Part shown: positions 1 through 13,600 of the stretch, piece after piece
Layout of the letters: every line of letters starts with the position of its first letter
Numbering within the stretch: the stretch's first letter is position 1
Program-made: the position numbers and the translations under genes
Notes under the pieces: generated by a model
What the model was told of the DNA's origin: nothing
The model's input: the letters and a program-made list of their open reading frames with translations, nothing else
Databases searched by the model: none
Origin: Aplysia californica
Lineage: Eukaryota
NCBI RefSeq assembly: GCF_000002075.1
Contig: NW_004797578.1
Coordinates: 464,493 to 528,492 of the forward strand
DNA length: 64,000 bases
Direction: 5' to 3'

Positions 1-377
1 CTGTTATCACAGTGTAGAATTCTGTGGTTCAGGGTGAACGCTTACACTGGTTGGCCTAGGCTATAAAAACGGTGAACGCCCACCGGGTGAGAATAGCCAA
101 AAGACACGCCTGCGCTATTGAGAATAGAGGTGGCCCTAGACTATACAAATACAATGAACAAATCGGTTCGGACACTTACTAATATTTACAAATACCTCAA
201 CTTCAAGCCACCATAAATTTGAAAAGAGATCTTTCACGCTGCTGTGATACTATTACTGGGAGCAACAAAACAACAGTCAGAGGAGTCACAGGCAATCAAT
301 GATCTTTGAGGCAATGCAGTTTCGTCGTTTGAAATTTTGCACTTTTTGTGTACAAATATAACCACTTCCGGTATTAG

Positions 378-872
378 CAAAGATAGTACAAGACAAGATG
401 GGCCACTCAGCCTAAAAAGTGTCCGCAGGAAGTATGCTCTTTGCTTCAGATGGCGCTGCAGTCTGTTTTGAAGCTCTCTTTCGTTTTTCCAGAAGAAGAA
501 TAGAAATAGCACCTCCTTGCGTGCGCAGATCGACTGCTGTTCATCAGCGGTTCGGGTACGTTCAGTGCGGAGTCTTGGGTTTTTAAAATTTTAATGACCT
601 CTCGCCCTTCATTCTAAAGTCAAATTAAACGAAGAAAACCATCTCCTTTTCCTCCGGAAGAGGTTTTTTGTCAGCGTAATCATTTTTAAAAAGCGTTCTT
701 CCGAAATTTATCCCAAAACTTGCTAGTTTCACTTTGATTTTTAAAAACTCAAGTAGGGTAACTCTGTTCGCAAAGAGTGCGCTTTTGTGAAGAGGGCGCC
801 ACCAAATTTTGAGGACACTTTTTTAATTGGCTCAAAGAGAGAAGTGGCCCATCTTGTTATGTACTATCATTG
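378..872. mobile_element. P-element-like MITE upstream of NOP9
   Basis: ~30-bp TIR CAAWGATAGTACA..ACAAGATGGGCCACT, CA...TG termini, 7-bp TSD gtattag (371-377/873-879). Confidence 0.75.
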
Positions 873-1296
873 GTATTAGTCTTATCCATTATCTGCCCAC
901 AATGACAAATAACTTATTCACCTGCTGCCCTTTTCTTTCACTGTGTCAAAAATAAGTACCTGATACTTTAATTTAGCTGCTTTTTAAACGTTTTCATCTA
1001 GTCAGATCTTATAATGGAAGAAAACAAAGATAATTTTGACTTGATTCAAGTCTTTTGACACAGAAAATTCGACGTATTCCCCAAAGATCGCAGTGTACGA
1101 TCTCTGGTTATTTGTAATCGTTTTGTGCAGGCAGTTAGATGTATAGTAGTTAACAGTCAGCAGTTCGTAAACAAACCAGCATGGTAATGATGGCATGGTT
1201 CCTTGAGCAGTGTTTTTGTTCTATTTCAATTTCACGAGTCTGAGTCCCGTCGGCACTTTATTTTTTTGTCCTCAGGTTTTTTAAAGTATTTCCAAA

Positions 1297-1498
1297 ATGC
1301 CCAAACCTAAGCGCTATTTTGAGTACAGCGAAAAGAAGTCCTTCGGTGGGAAGCAGAGACATGACGATGGTGGCGGTGGTGAACACAATCCGTCCCGCGA
1401 GAGACGAGGAGTCCTCTCTGAGGAGGTTATGTCTTACTATAGACAAGTCTCCGCAACTTTAGAAACAGGTTTTGATGAAGATAATCCAGAAGTCAAAG
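1297..1498 (+). CDS. NOP9: NOP9 exon 1
   Basis: ATG MPKPKRYF...YYRQVSATLE...EVK; donor gtaagc at 1499, phase 1. Confidence 0.88.
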
Positions 1499-1537
1499 GT
1501 AAGCTCTAATTTTGCAACCTCATACTCGTTGAAAGAA

Positions 1538-1602
<65 letters not shown>

Positions 1603-4600
1603 CCCCCCCCCCCCCTCTCTTCTCTCTCTCTCAAATATTTCTTCCATGTTGATATGTCTGTTCCCATAACTTTATGATGATTCATTGTTTGTAGCTCTCT
1701 GTACCAGCCAAAGAGGAATCATTTTGTGATAGATTTTAAATGTTCTTGTTTCAGATCAGTTCCTGGCCAATGTTTTCTCTTCTTTGAAAGACGAGTGTGT
1801 GTCCGTGTCACAGAACCAGACTGTGAGCAAGATCCTGGAGGTTCTCCTCTCTCACAGTCCTGCCAGCCACATGCGCCCTGTGTTCTGCAAGTTCTGCAAG
1901 GAGCTCACCATTGTTGTATTTGATGCCTTCGCCAGCCATGTGTTCCAGGCACTCATCCAGTACTTACCGCTCATGTTTGTACAGAAGGACGAGGAAGATG
2001 ATGAAGAGATGATCAAGCAAGTAAAAGTAAGTGTCGTGTTTGCTCTGTGCTGCCACATTTCGCAACCTAAGTGCTTTGTTGTCGCCTGTCCTTTTTTTTT
2101 AAAAGTGAAAGCGCTGGGGTCGCGATTTGTTTTTGAAAGCTCTTTTACACGTGATAAATTTTTCTGTTTAAATAGACGGGTAAAATCTGTGTGAACTCAT
2201 TGTGGAGGCATGGAGGTCAAATTCTTAAATGTTTGTGTCTCAATGTGAGACTGTCCCATTCAGCAGTATTTGAATCAGCTACTCTAACAATAGTGAAGTA
2301 ATATTCAATCTTAAAATGAATTCTTACTTAAATTCTTCCATAAATTTATTAAAATTACGTCTCCTTTGATTTTTAACAATGTCTAGTGATTTTGACTTTT
2401 TGGGTGCAAGCAAGGCTCTATTTATTTCTACCCATTTTCCCAATTGACTTATTATGGACCCATTCTTCTGCCATAGAAATATAAGAACATTTTTTTGAAG
2501 GGGGGATGCATTTGGACCGCTTGATACAGTAACAGGAGGATCAGATCTGAGAACCACATTCTTAGTATTCAATGATTAAAATGCTGTGCAGCGTAGCGCA
2601 CCTACTCCTAATACTCCTATGTTGGAAACCTTAGGTGTGTATACATTAAATGATAGCTTGTCACTGCATGAAAAGATTGGCGATGAAAACTTGATCTGTG
2701 GTTGAGCATTTTTTTAGAATCAATACCCAGCCCATGATTCAAGGATTGCCAGATTTTCAATGTCACTACTTCCCATGCTCCCTCAGTTCTTCAAATATGC
2801 CATTCAGTACATGCTCTCTTCCAATGTCTTTAGATCCGGAGCTATTCATTTCATTGTTGAACTGCTAGCTTTAGATTGATTGGAGTCTCTTTTATTGTTA
2901 TCTAGAATAATATTGAAGAATTATTATCTCCGCTGTCTATCTAAAAAAGAAGCTGCTAAGTGGCTTATTTAGCACTTTTTTGTTTCATCTTAAAGCCTTG
3001 AAAAAAAACAACAACTCTAAAACACACAGTAAACTTCTTTCAAATGCACTAATTTTAGAACACACATAGTTTTTCTTCCATTTCTAATGTCTCATGAAAG
3101 GCTGGACCAGATAAGAGAAGAAACTATTCTTTACTACAAAGCATGACCCCCAACATCTACTGAGAAGATGAACTACAGCAATGTCACAAATTCTACGTCT
3201 CGCCAGTAGACGTGTCAACTTCTCAGAATTTATTCTTTTTTTTTTTTTCTTCCTTTTTTCTTTTTCAGGAATCCGCTCAAGTGCTGTTCTCCTTCATGGA
3301 GTCTCACCTTCGGGACATTATGACTCATGTCTATGGTAGTCATGTTCTTCGTACTTTGCTCGAGGTCTTGGGGGGAGTTGTTGTCACAGATGATATTGTA
3401 CGAAGTCGTGTTTCCCGAAGTCAGAGCATGAAAAAAGTTGGTAAGTCCTGCTCTGATTTGTTTTTGCTGAAAGTAGTTGCAATGCCTGGTTTCTGGTTAC
3501 TGTTTCAATGGTTCATTAGAGAGGGTTGCTTGTTTGCTCTGTCTTAAGTTCTAGACATGTAATTTAGAGGTTTTACCTCAACTGATTTTTCTGTCTTTCC
3601 CTGTATTATAACTCTTTCCCTCTTTGCTAGTGTTTCTTTTAACTCGAACTGGAATACTTAAGATGTACTAAGAAGGTTATAGTCTAATAGTGAAATAAGA
3701 AAATAAAGCTCTTTTCTTTTTTCTTAGCATCTTATCAAACATTTATTATGATGAGTCACTGATAGGAACTCTTTGATTGATGTCATAGTCATAGATATGT
3801 TTGTTTTTCTTGAGGTTTGAGCCTTTTGATGAGCCTTGTGCAGTCAAACCTGCCCTGACGGCCACCTGTACAAATGGCCACTTTCCATTCCCCCTTGCGT
3901 TTTTTCTGTATATAATTTAACTGTATAAAGCGGGCACCTGTCCAACACGGCCACGGCCACCATATTTTAACACACAACCCCTATCACACTAAGCAATAAC
4001 ACCTGTCTTAGACGGCCACCTTAGTGGCTCCATTACGTTTTGTCATAAATTGTGCATTGGCCCCTGGCGTTGTTGTGAGCGAGCCGTCATAATTCAATCA
4101 CCTGTCGTTTTTGTTAGGTAGTCCCTCCAACCGATCATGTTGCGTAGGCCCCTCCCACTGTTGACCAATAGCAACCAATTTTCAGCTGCTTGTGAGGTAA
4201 ACCTGTGATCCCTCATATACCATAAGCCCCGCCCAGAACTCATACACAAATCGTAAGTGAGATGAGTGGTCACTGTTTACCCAGTTTGTAACAAAGTAAC
4301 ACAGGACGTCAACATGAACTTGTGACAGAAGCGTCGCTCGTTCTCAGAGGGGTGGCGACCCATGTGTTTGTTTTAACATGGCACTCGGTCTTCCTCGTCT
4401 TATACATTGCATTTTATTGTCACCCTTGTGCAAAATCAGCAACAAAATATTAATTACAAACAAAATACAAACCACCACCAACAACAATGCGGCTACTTTC
4501 GATTGGAACCTCAGATGGGAATGGTTTGTTTTCTTCATTTTGATCAGTCCTGCCTAAGACGGCCACCTGTCTTATACTGCCACTTTTCTCCTTGACAATG

Positions 4601-7600
4601 GGTGGCCGTCTTACACAGGTTTGACTGTACTTTCCTTTTACCTTCTATTTTCAGTGTCCATGATTTAACAATGCTTATTAATTATAGAATGTAACCTCGA
4701 TGGATCATTTCCTGAATTTTCTACTTTGTCCAGCCGACAGACCTGAAGTTGACAGTGGTGTTTTGAAATCATTTAGCGAGGAGCAGAAGTCCTGGTTTGA
4801 GACACTCTCACAGAAGTTGATCAAGCTGTGCAATTATGAAGGTTTGTATTGTGTTCTTTACAGCTGTTGTGCTTTTCTCATGTGAATAGAACAAGGGAGG
4901 TTCCCACTTCTTTACTCTCCCTAATTGTTGCAGTCTATCAGTCTTGCTTTCTACTTGCACTGTATGACTTTACTGCCTCTTTCTGTTGTTTCTGTCTGTT
5001 GGTCAAGCTTTCTACTAGCGCAAACTGATTGTCATTGTATTTAATAACTTGTGTGTGGGACGAGGGTTGCCTCTCTGTAGTGGCAAAAGAAAGTTGTACA
5101 CCCTCATGATTATGAGCATTGATCTTTGTTCTCTCTTGGCATTTTTGTTCAACTTCAGATTTGGTCTCTCTTGTGTGTGGGTGGTTGGTGGGTGCTCTGG
5201 TGTTTTTTGCTCCTTCTTTCCTTTCAAACATCTGTCGTCCTTATCTCCCCTCCTTCTATTTTGTGTTTGTTACTCTCTTGTAACACCTCTAATCTTCAGC
5301 AGTTATATGACCTTATTATGTTGCAAGTGCCGTATTTTCTTACTAAAACAAACAAACCTCTCTTTTGCTTCAATAATAATCGCAGACTCTGTATGCAGTT
5401 ATAGAAAGTGTATGTGCTGTGTGCCCTATGGTGATGGAATGTATGAATGTGTGTCAAAATAGGTCAGTATAATATGTGTTAGGAAATGCTTTAGTACAGC
5501 TTGTAACTGTTTGCTATATTATATTTTTTCTGTGGGTGGTTGGCGGGTGCTCTGGTGTGGTTTGCTTCTTCTTTCCTATGAAACATCTATCGTACTTATC
5601 TCCCCTTCTTCTTTTTTATGTTTGTTACTCTCTTGTAACACCTCTAATCTTCTGGCGCTCCTATAACCTAATGCAGTTGCGAACGCCCTAAAACCTCTAC
5701 TAAAACTAAAACTAAACATACCTCTTCTTATTGTCCAGATCACCTGAGCGACAATAATTACAGCCCAGTGCTCCAAACAGTTCTGCTGATTCTGAGCAAA
5801 ACTTCCCCATCTGAGTATGACAAATTGGTTGACACCATATTAGAAAAGACCTGCATGCTGGCAAATCAGGAAGATATTCCAGCTGATGACATTGTAAACA
5901 GGTTTGTTATAACACATAATGTTAGAGAACTCGGGATATTAGGGAGAGAGAAATTTCTGCCCACCCCCTTTTACCCCTCCTCTGGGCTTCTGACTCTTTC
6001 TACTGCTACTCCTTGGCTCCTTCTTACTGCTGTCTTTCAACCGTACCCCTGATCTTCTGGTAGGAAATATCTACATCTAGCCTTCTCGGACAAGGGTGAA
6101 AAGTCTCGGAGGTCTCATGCGCAAGTTGCACATGTTAAAGATCCCTTGGTGGCCAAAAGTCGATAAGAGTAGGCTTCGGCTGCCACCCGGGAAAAATTCA
6201 AAATTTTCTACCTACTGAAAATGTTCAATGTGTCCCCCCGCCTGTGCTCATATGGCTGTATGCAGTTGCGAGCGCTGTAAAACACTTACCAAAAAGAATA
6301 TATAAATAAGTTGTCCTACTAGCTTTCTCCTATGAGTATGAGGGTGAAGTTCTGAGACGAACTCATCTCTTTCCTATGACCCAGAAAATCATTTAGCAAT
6401 CAGTAAGTTAAATGCTGTCAGGAATATATATATAAAAACACACTAGAAATGTTTCACAACTTGAAAAAAAAAATGTGTTTTGTAATACACTTTATACATT
6501 TCTAAAATATTTTGTAGCTTTTAAGTTGTTGTGTTAGACTGCAATTGGGGATTTTAAAATAACTTTTGTTTGTCAAATAGAGAAAAATAGTCTTTGTTTA
6601 TTAGTCGACTATAAGAGAAATAAGTAGGCAGATTGTGGTAAATGCTCCAAGTGAAGACATCTGTTCCTTTTTTTTTTTATTGTTGTTGTTCTTATTTATC
6701 TGAAATTTTATTTCGTAAGTTTTTGTTCACAAATTCTTTTTACTGATCACTCAATTTTTTTGTTCAAACTTAACTTTTAAGTTGGTTGGGCTTTTGGTGG
6801 GGGTTTGTGGTATTTTTTGGGTGTGTTTTTTTTTTGTTTGGGGTTTTTTTGGAACAATTTTGTGATGTATCGTTGCAGATTACCTCTTCTTGTCCAGGAT
6901 AACATTGGCTCTTTCGTTGTGGAGCTGATCATCTCTCTGAGTTCTGGGCCCAGGTTTGAGGAGCTTTACAACTTACTCTTCAAAGGAAAGCTGCTGTTTT
7001 TTGCTGTTCATCCATTTGCAAATTATGTTCTTCAGAAAATGTTGTCAACAATCTCTGAGAAAAAACTGGTATGTTGTGGTGATTTTTGACATGTGTGTTG
7101 GGGTAGGGGGGAAATTGGTGGGGAAACTGCTTTGCGTATTGCCTAATTTGACTCGTCGTAATTGCTTTCTTCCCTGCTGTGTATGCATGGGTATGGCAGT
7201 GTTAAAGGCATTGCTGGTGAAAATTTCACCTTTTGAAGTTTACATTTGAAGGCCTTAGTTAATGGAAAAGCAATCACCAGTTTAGTTTTGTATGGAAATA
7301 AAATTAAATGTGCTTTGTTTTCTAACATGAATCAAATCCACAGAATTGATAAGTAGATGATATTCAGTCCTTGTCATGAAATCAAATTGAAGAGCACAGG
7401 GGAGAAACTACGGTAGTCACAAACTGGAAATTGTGAGGGTGCCGATTTTAAAAGATTGTGGACTCATAACGTCATATTTGTTTGACTTGTGGTTTATTGT
7501 TAAGTGTTGTTGAATGAGAAATCTAACAACTGTAATCAACCAACAGTTGAACAGAAATTCGGTTATGAGACAACAAGCGTTCAAAATTGGTATCCGGGCG

Positions 7601-10600
7601 ATTTTCTGTTTGTGACTACCGTCGCTTTCCCCCTGTAGTCTTCAATTGTATTTGACAGACTGGCTGAGTTGAGAATGCTGTGCTTTTAGGAAGAAGTTAA
7701 TGTGAACTATACTGGTTATTGGTCTCTTGGCTGTATCATTTCCTAATTTTGTCTCAGAATTTGAATTGGATTTAATTTGGTGGGTGGTCGGCGGGTGCTC
7801 TGGTGTGGTTTGCTTCTTCTTTCCTATCAAACATCTGTCGTCTTTATTTCCCCTCCTTCTTTTTTGTGTTTGTTACTCTCTTGTAACACCTCTAATCTTC
7901 GGCACTTATATTATACGACCTTATTGTGTTGCAAGTGCCGTAATACTCTTACTGAAATGAAAAAACATTTAATTTGAAGTACTGATGATGAATTTTTGGA
8001 AAGCCGTCTTTATCTAAAGTGTTTTGGTTGTGGGTCCTATAGATGCAGAATATCCTTGACGACATCAGCAAGTACATTGAGGATATCCTGGCTGTGAACC
8101 ACTGCGGTATCGTCACAAAACTGGCCGAGGCCTGTCAGAGGACTGGGGTTGGGCAGGAGCAGTTTTTGCAGGTAATTGAAGGGTTCTCATAATAGTAATA
8201 ATAAATAGCATTTGTATAGCGCATGTTCCTACTCGAAAGCAAGCTCTTTGTGCTTTACACTACATTATTACACCAGCAGACCATAGAACACTCAGAAACA
8301 TTCTCAGCCTCCCGGGAAGCATGCAGTGCAAGCAGCTGGTTAAGTGCTCAAACACTAACAAACTGACAAGATCTTTCACTGTCTATAGCTGGGTACCCGT
8401 TCCCACCTGGTCAAGTGCTCAAACACTAACAAACTGACAAGATCTTTCACTGTCTATAGCTGGGTACCCATTCCCACCTGGGTGAAGTGAGGAAAATTCA
8501 TGTAAAGCGTCTTTCCCGTGGGGTAAAGACTTAATGATGAAATAGGGCATGCCGTTAGCTCCGTTGATATTGTGCTGGGCTATGGTGTGAATGACCCAGA
8601 TTTGTTTATGTATCTTTATTGGAAAGTTCTTGAATTTGGGTTGTTGGAGATATCAAGGCTCTCTGTCCTTTTGGCTTAGTCCGCTCATCAACCCCCGGGG
8701 CAGTGCTATTTCTGGGGTGCCTTGATAGTCGAAGCAGACTTTGTGCTGTTGAAGCTAGAGAAGTGAGCAGAGTAAGCCTGATTCCCTGTAAGGACTTCTC
8801 GGTTGACCTCCACCCCTTGGCGCTCATGTGACCTTCTGCAGTTGTGAGTGCCGTAAAAACTCTACTAAACCTAAACATTAGTCCTCTCAGAGATGGACAG
8901 TGAATTTGGAGGACTTGCCTGCCGTTTAAATAGCTTTACATTGTTAAGAGGGATGATAAACCCATTGTAATGATTTCAGATAGTGATGTTTCTATTTTAC
9001 TTGCCTTAAAATGAGCTATGTAGATTTCATTCTTATTTTAAAGTGTCGATTGTCAGTAAAACCCTTAATTTGTTTGTGCTCAATTTGAAAAAAGCCAATT
9101 GCACAGACAAGGTTCTTCATAGTGACTCCTTATCTTATGTGTTATTGAAAAAGCTGTTCTCTCTTTTAGAAATAACATTGGTATGCATTTCCTCTACTCA
9201 TTCTGTGATATGGGTCCTGAAATTGCCTGAAGTCTTTGAGGGTTGTTTTTGTTGGGTTTTTTTATTCATTGGATAACAGTAGATATGTTTGTAACAGAAT
9301 TTGTTTCAGGTAATCTTGGTGATAAAAATAACTTGGTGCTTGATACCTATTTTTGTACTTCACTTATCAAACCACCCCCCCCCCCCCCCACCCCCCAGAA
9401 CAAGAACTCATTGAGAAACATACATTATGACTGCACATACAATGTTTGTGGTTCTCAGGTCCTTATGTCGGCTTTTCACTGCTATGAGCCAGAGTCAAAG
9501 CGGACCAAGATTGTGCCTCTCGTGGCATCATTCCAGACATATGAGGTTTTTTACAAGGCTGCTGAAGATTCAAAGGAAGAAGGGGCCAGTGTAAGTTATA
9601 TGTGTGTTTTGAATATCTTTCGTTTCATATTTCAAATATAGCACTCCTGTTTCGTAATATTGGAATGCCTGACATGACTCCTTTAGGATTAAAAAATAAG
9701 TAAATCTAATCTAATTTTAGATTTGATTGAAACTGAGATCTCTCCATGATGGGTAAATAGGGATGCCTCATGTGTATATGCGATCAAAGTCCTACTTTGT
9801 TACTGTATGAAAGCATGAACTTATCAGTGCAAGTGTGATTAAAGCCACCTGTTAGCTCTCTTCATGACTACAAGAATTTCAGCATCACTGCAACCTGCAC
9901 TCCCCCATCTTTCCAACTCAAACTCAAGTACATGCTCTCTTTCAGTTTTGTGGTTAGGCAACTGGGCTCGAAATCGTGAGATTGTGGGTTCGGGGGTTCG
10001 AGCCTCAGCTCGGTCCGACGTTGTGTCCCTGGGAAAGGCACTTTACACGAACTTCCCACTTGGCTCGGTCCTATCGGAGGCGGACGTTAAACTAGGAGGT
10101 CCCGCCCCTTAAATAACCTAATAGTGTTGATAGGGGCGTTAAACCTATACCGGGGTCTCTCGTGGCCTAGAGGTTAAGGTGTTGGCCTCTCATTCAAAGG
10201 TCCCGGGTTCGAATCCGGGTAGCGACCAAAAAATTTTCTTCTCTGAAATTGTCTCCTTTCACCTCCTTTCCTGCTCTCTAGCAATGTTCTGTTGTCTGCT
10301 TTCATTTCCACTTTCTGCCCACCACCCCCTCACCTCCTTTGCCCCCTCCTCTGGGCTCCTGACTCTTTCTGCAGCCTTTCTACTGTTACTCATTGGCTCC
10401 TCCTTACTACTGTCTTTCTGCCACACCCCTGATCTTCTGGTAAGAAAGATCTACACCTAGCCTTTTCGGACAAGGGCGAAAAATCTCGGAGGGCCCGTGT
10501 GCAAGTTGCGCACGTTAAAGATCCCTTGGTGGTCTAAAATCGATAAGAGTAGGCTTCGGCCGCCACTCGGGCAAAATTCAAAATTTCCTACCAACTGAAA

Positions 10601-13600
10601 ATATTAGGTGTGTCCCGCGAGCTCATATGACCTTATGTAGTTGCGAGCGCCGTAAAACACTTTACAAAAACAAAAAACCTATACCAGTTGTTTTTTTCAG
10701 TTTTGTTCTCTATTTTGAGGCCCATCTATAAATTTTAATTTATTTCTTCAATGATTTTTTTCTTGCATGCTGTTTCGTATTGGTCAATACTGAAACCTAA
10801 AAATGTTTTTTGAAAGTTGATTTTCTAGCCTGTCCACAATCCCAAACCAGGATTGTTTTTCTCCCTTTTTCTTACATATATGGTAAGGGACAAATAGAAA
10901 TGAACATGTGCAAACTGTGAAATACCCCACATAAGGAACCTCCCAACCGAAAATGCCCCTTAGCAAGGATGTAGTTATATCACAGCGTCACTGACACAGT
11001 TTAGGTCTATGTATACCCACATATATATATTATAATCTGTCTAATGCTATACATGATATATAGGTCTATATAGAGAGCGAAATTATATAAGTATACACAC
11101 TTGCATTCAATAAAAATAATAATCATTTATATAAATGTGTTGGGGTGCTCTGTCACTGCTGGAAAATTAATGGCTACCTGTAGAAAATTTGAAGTTAACT
11201 TGGCAGTCACCCTGGCACTGATTTGTTGCTGATCCTGATTTTTTAATTTTTTATCACCCCTGAGATCCTGATTTTTAGGTTTCATAGAGTGGCAAATCTA
11301 CATATATGTACAAATATATATGTGTGTGTGTAAATGTTTATGCCTTTGTCGCTTTTTTTCATGGAATTAAATATATATGTATCTCCCTAATCTCTCCACT
11401 TTTTCTGGCTTCCAGGCTCTGCTCAAAACTGTCAGCTACCATGGTTCTATGATCCTGCAGCAGCTGTTGCAGTTTTCGAAACCAGTTACCGTGGTGATGA
11501 GTGTTCTAGAGCTGTCGGCTGCAGAGCTCCTGTTCTTGGCATGTAACCACAAGGGCAGTCACGTGGTGGATGTTTTCTTCCAGAGCCCCACCGTGAAGGA
11601 CAAACACAAGGACACTCTTGTGAAGAAACTTGTGGTAGGGGAAGTTTGTCTTTATTGCTTTTTAAAAAAAATTATTTTCTTGGAAAGTTATTCATGATCA
11701 AGGTTTAATGTCCTACTATACTTAATCAAGGTCACCGGAGTGGGTGGTTGGCGGATGCTCTGGTGTGGTTTGCTTCTTCTTTCCTATCAAACATCTATCG
11801 TCCTTATCTCCCCTTCTTTTTTTTATGTTTGTTACCCTCTTGTAACACCTCTGATCTTCTGGCGCTCATAGGACCTTATACAGTTGCGAGTGCCGGAAAA
11901 CCTCTACTAAAACAAAACAAAAGAAAAATTCTTTTCTGGGAAAGTTGTTCATGATGAAGGTTTAATGTCCTACTGTACTTAATCAAAGTCACCGGTGTCT
12001 GTGCTGTAATGGCTATGCTGTTCATCATTGCACACAGGTGTGAGATCGATTCCTTTGTGGAGGGGAAGTTATTTTATCAAGTGCCCTCCTCTGCCATGGC
12101 TCTCAATATTCCGCTATTTAGCGGATTTGCGCTACTATTTCCTCCGCTAAACCACCACTTTCTGTACATAATCAAAATTGCAAATACTATTTGGTAAGTG
12201 ACTGTTTTACTTGAAATTATTTTCCAAACCCTCAAATTAGTATAAAATAACATTGTTTTGATAAATTTATAGTTTTTATTTCAGCATTCTAGGATTAAAC
12301 GGTTTAATAATAATAATGGTTGTTTTTTAAAAAATGGTCTTCTGTCGCCATCACGCGGAAAGTTCCTCTTTTTAAAAATTCTGAGTTGAGACCCATGGTT
12401 GTAAGGTATCGTGGAAATTAGACTTGTAAATGTTATTCGTATCGCAGACACACACACCGCACGCACACACACACACACACACACATGTTCATCACTCCGA
12501 AGGTCCTATGGGTTTGTTTTTGCAGCATATTCCCCATTATTCCCCTATTTTCACAATGGTTTAGTTTCAGAGGGGGTCAAACTTTTGTTTTTCTTGTATT
12601 TCCAACTGATTTTATAAGTTTTGTGAACATTTAGATATGTGGAGATCTCACGCCGTCTTATGTACACTTGTTGATTTTTTTTTAAAATTTCTTTTAGCTT
12701 GTTATATCAGTTTTAGTTTTAGTAGAGGTTTTCCGGCGCTCGCTACTGCATAACGTCTTATGAGCGCCAGAAGATTAGAGGTGTTACAAGAGAGTAACAA
12801 ACATAAAAAGAAGAAGGGGAGATCAGGACGATAGATGTTTGATAGGAAAGGAGCAAATCACACCAGAGCACCCGTCAGCAACCCACACTTGTTATATTGG
12901 TTTCTGATTTTGTTATCAAATGAAGGCTGTGTCATGTACTTTTCAGTGTATTTTCATCTTTTGTTAACCTGCATGAAATCTACTCTTGTTTTGTTCTCAG
13001 GGTCTGTACATCAACATGGCCTGTAACAAAGTCGGATCTCGTTGTCTGGAAAACATCTGGAAGCTGGTCTCCATTCCGCTACGAGTCCTCATCGCTGAAG
13101 ATCTAAGCAAGGTTCTTTTCCTACATCCTTCGTATATTTTTGTATCTGTCTCTGTCTGTTTCGTTAATTCAATAAAATGGGAAAAACTGACAACGCTTAT
13201 CAATTACCCTCCTTCCTGCCCCTGACATATGAATTATTGCTTTGGTTTATCTTTGTGAAATTAAGATTTTATGCAGCTTGATTCTGATGTTGTGTATTGA
13301 TGTGAGGCGTTAAGACCAGAAATAGATGACATCTCTCATTTTTTAGCTGTGGGGTAAGGTTGTTGATACCTTTGTAGTTTGATTCATTTTTATGGGTTTT
13401 TTCCTTGACATTGAACTGGAATGTGGTGTATATGTTTCTTGTTGTACTTGGAAGACTCCAGTTTGTATATTCCCTGGGAAGGTATTTTAAAAAATGTATT
13501 ATCTCCATCTAAATAATGAAAGGCTGAACCTGGATTGGCCTTACAGGCAGTTTAGAAGCAGCCTGTCTCATAAATTGTGTGAATTTGATCACCTTCCTTG

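Noticed and set aside
1-145. Right end of an Academ-like element (...gccctagacta)
   Set aside because: Only one end is in the window, so TIR and TSD cannot be verified.
10152-10226. tRNA genes at SINE heads (also 16270-16324, 31275-31342, 48900-48975, 57960-58035)
   Set aside because: A/B boxes are present but there is no complete cloverleaf, and each continues into a SINE body and tail.
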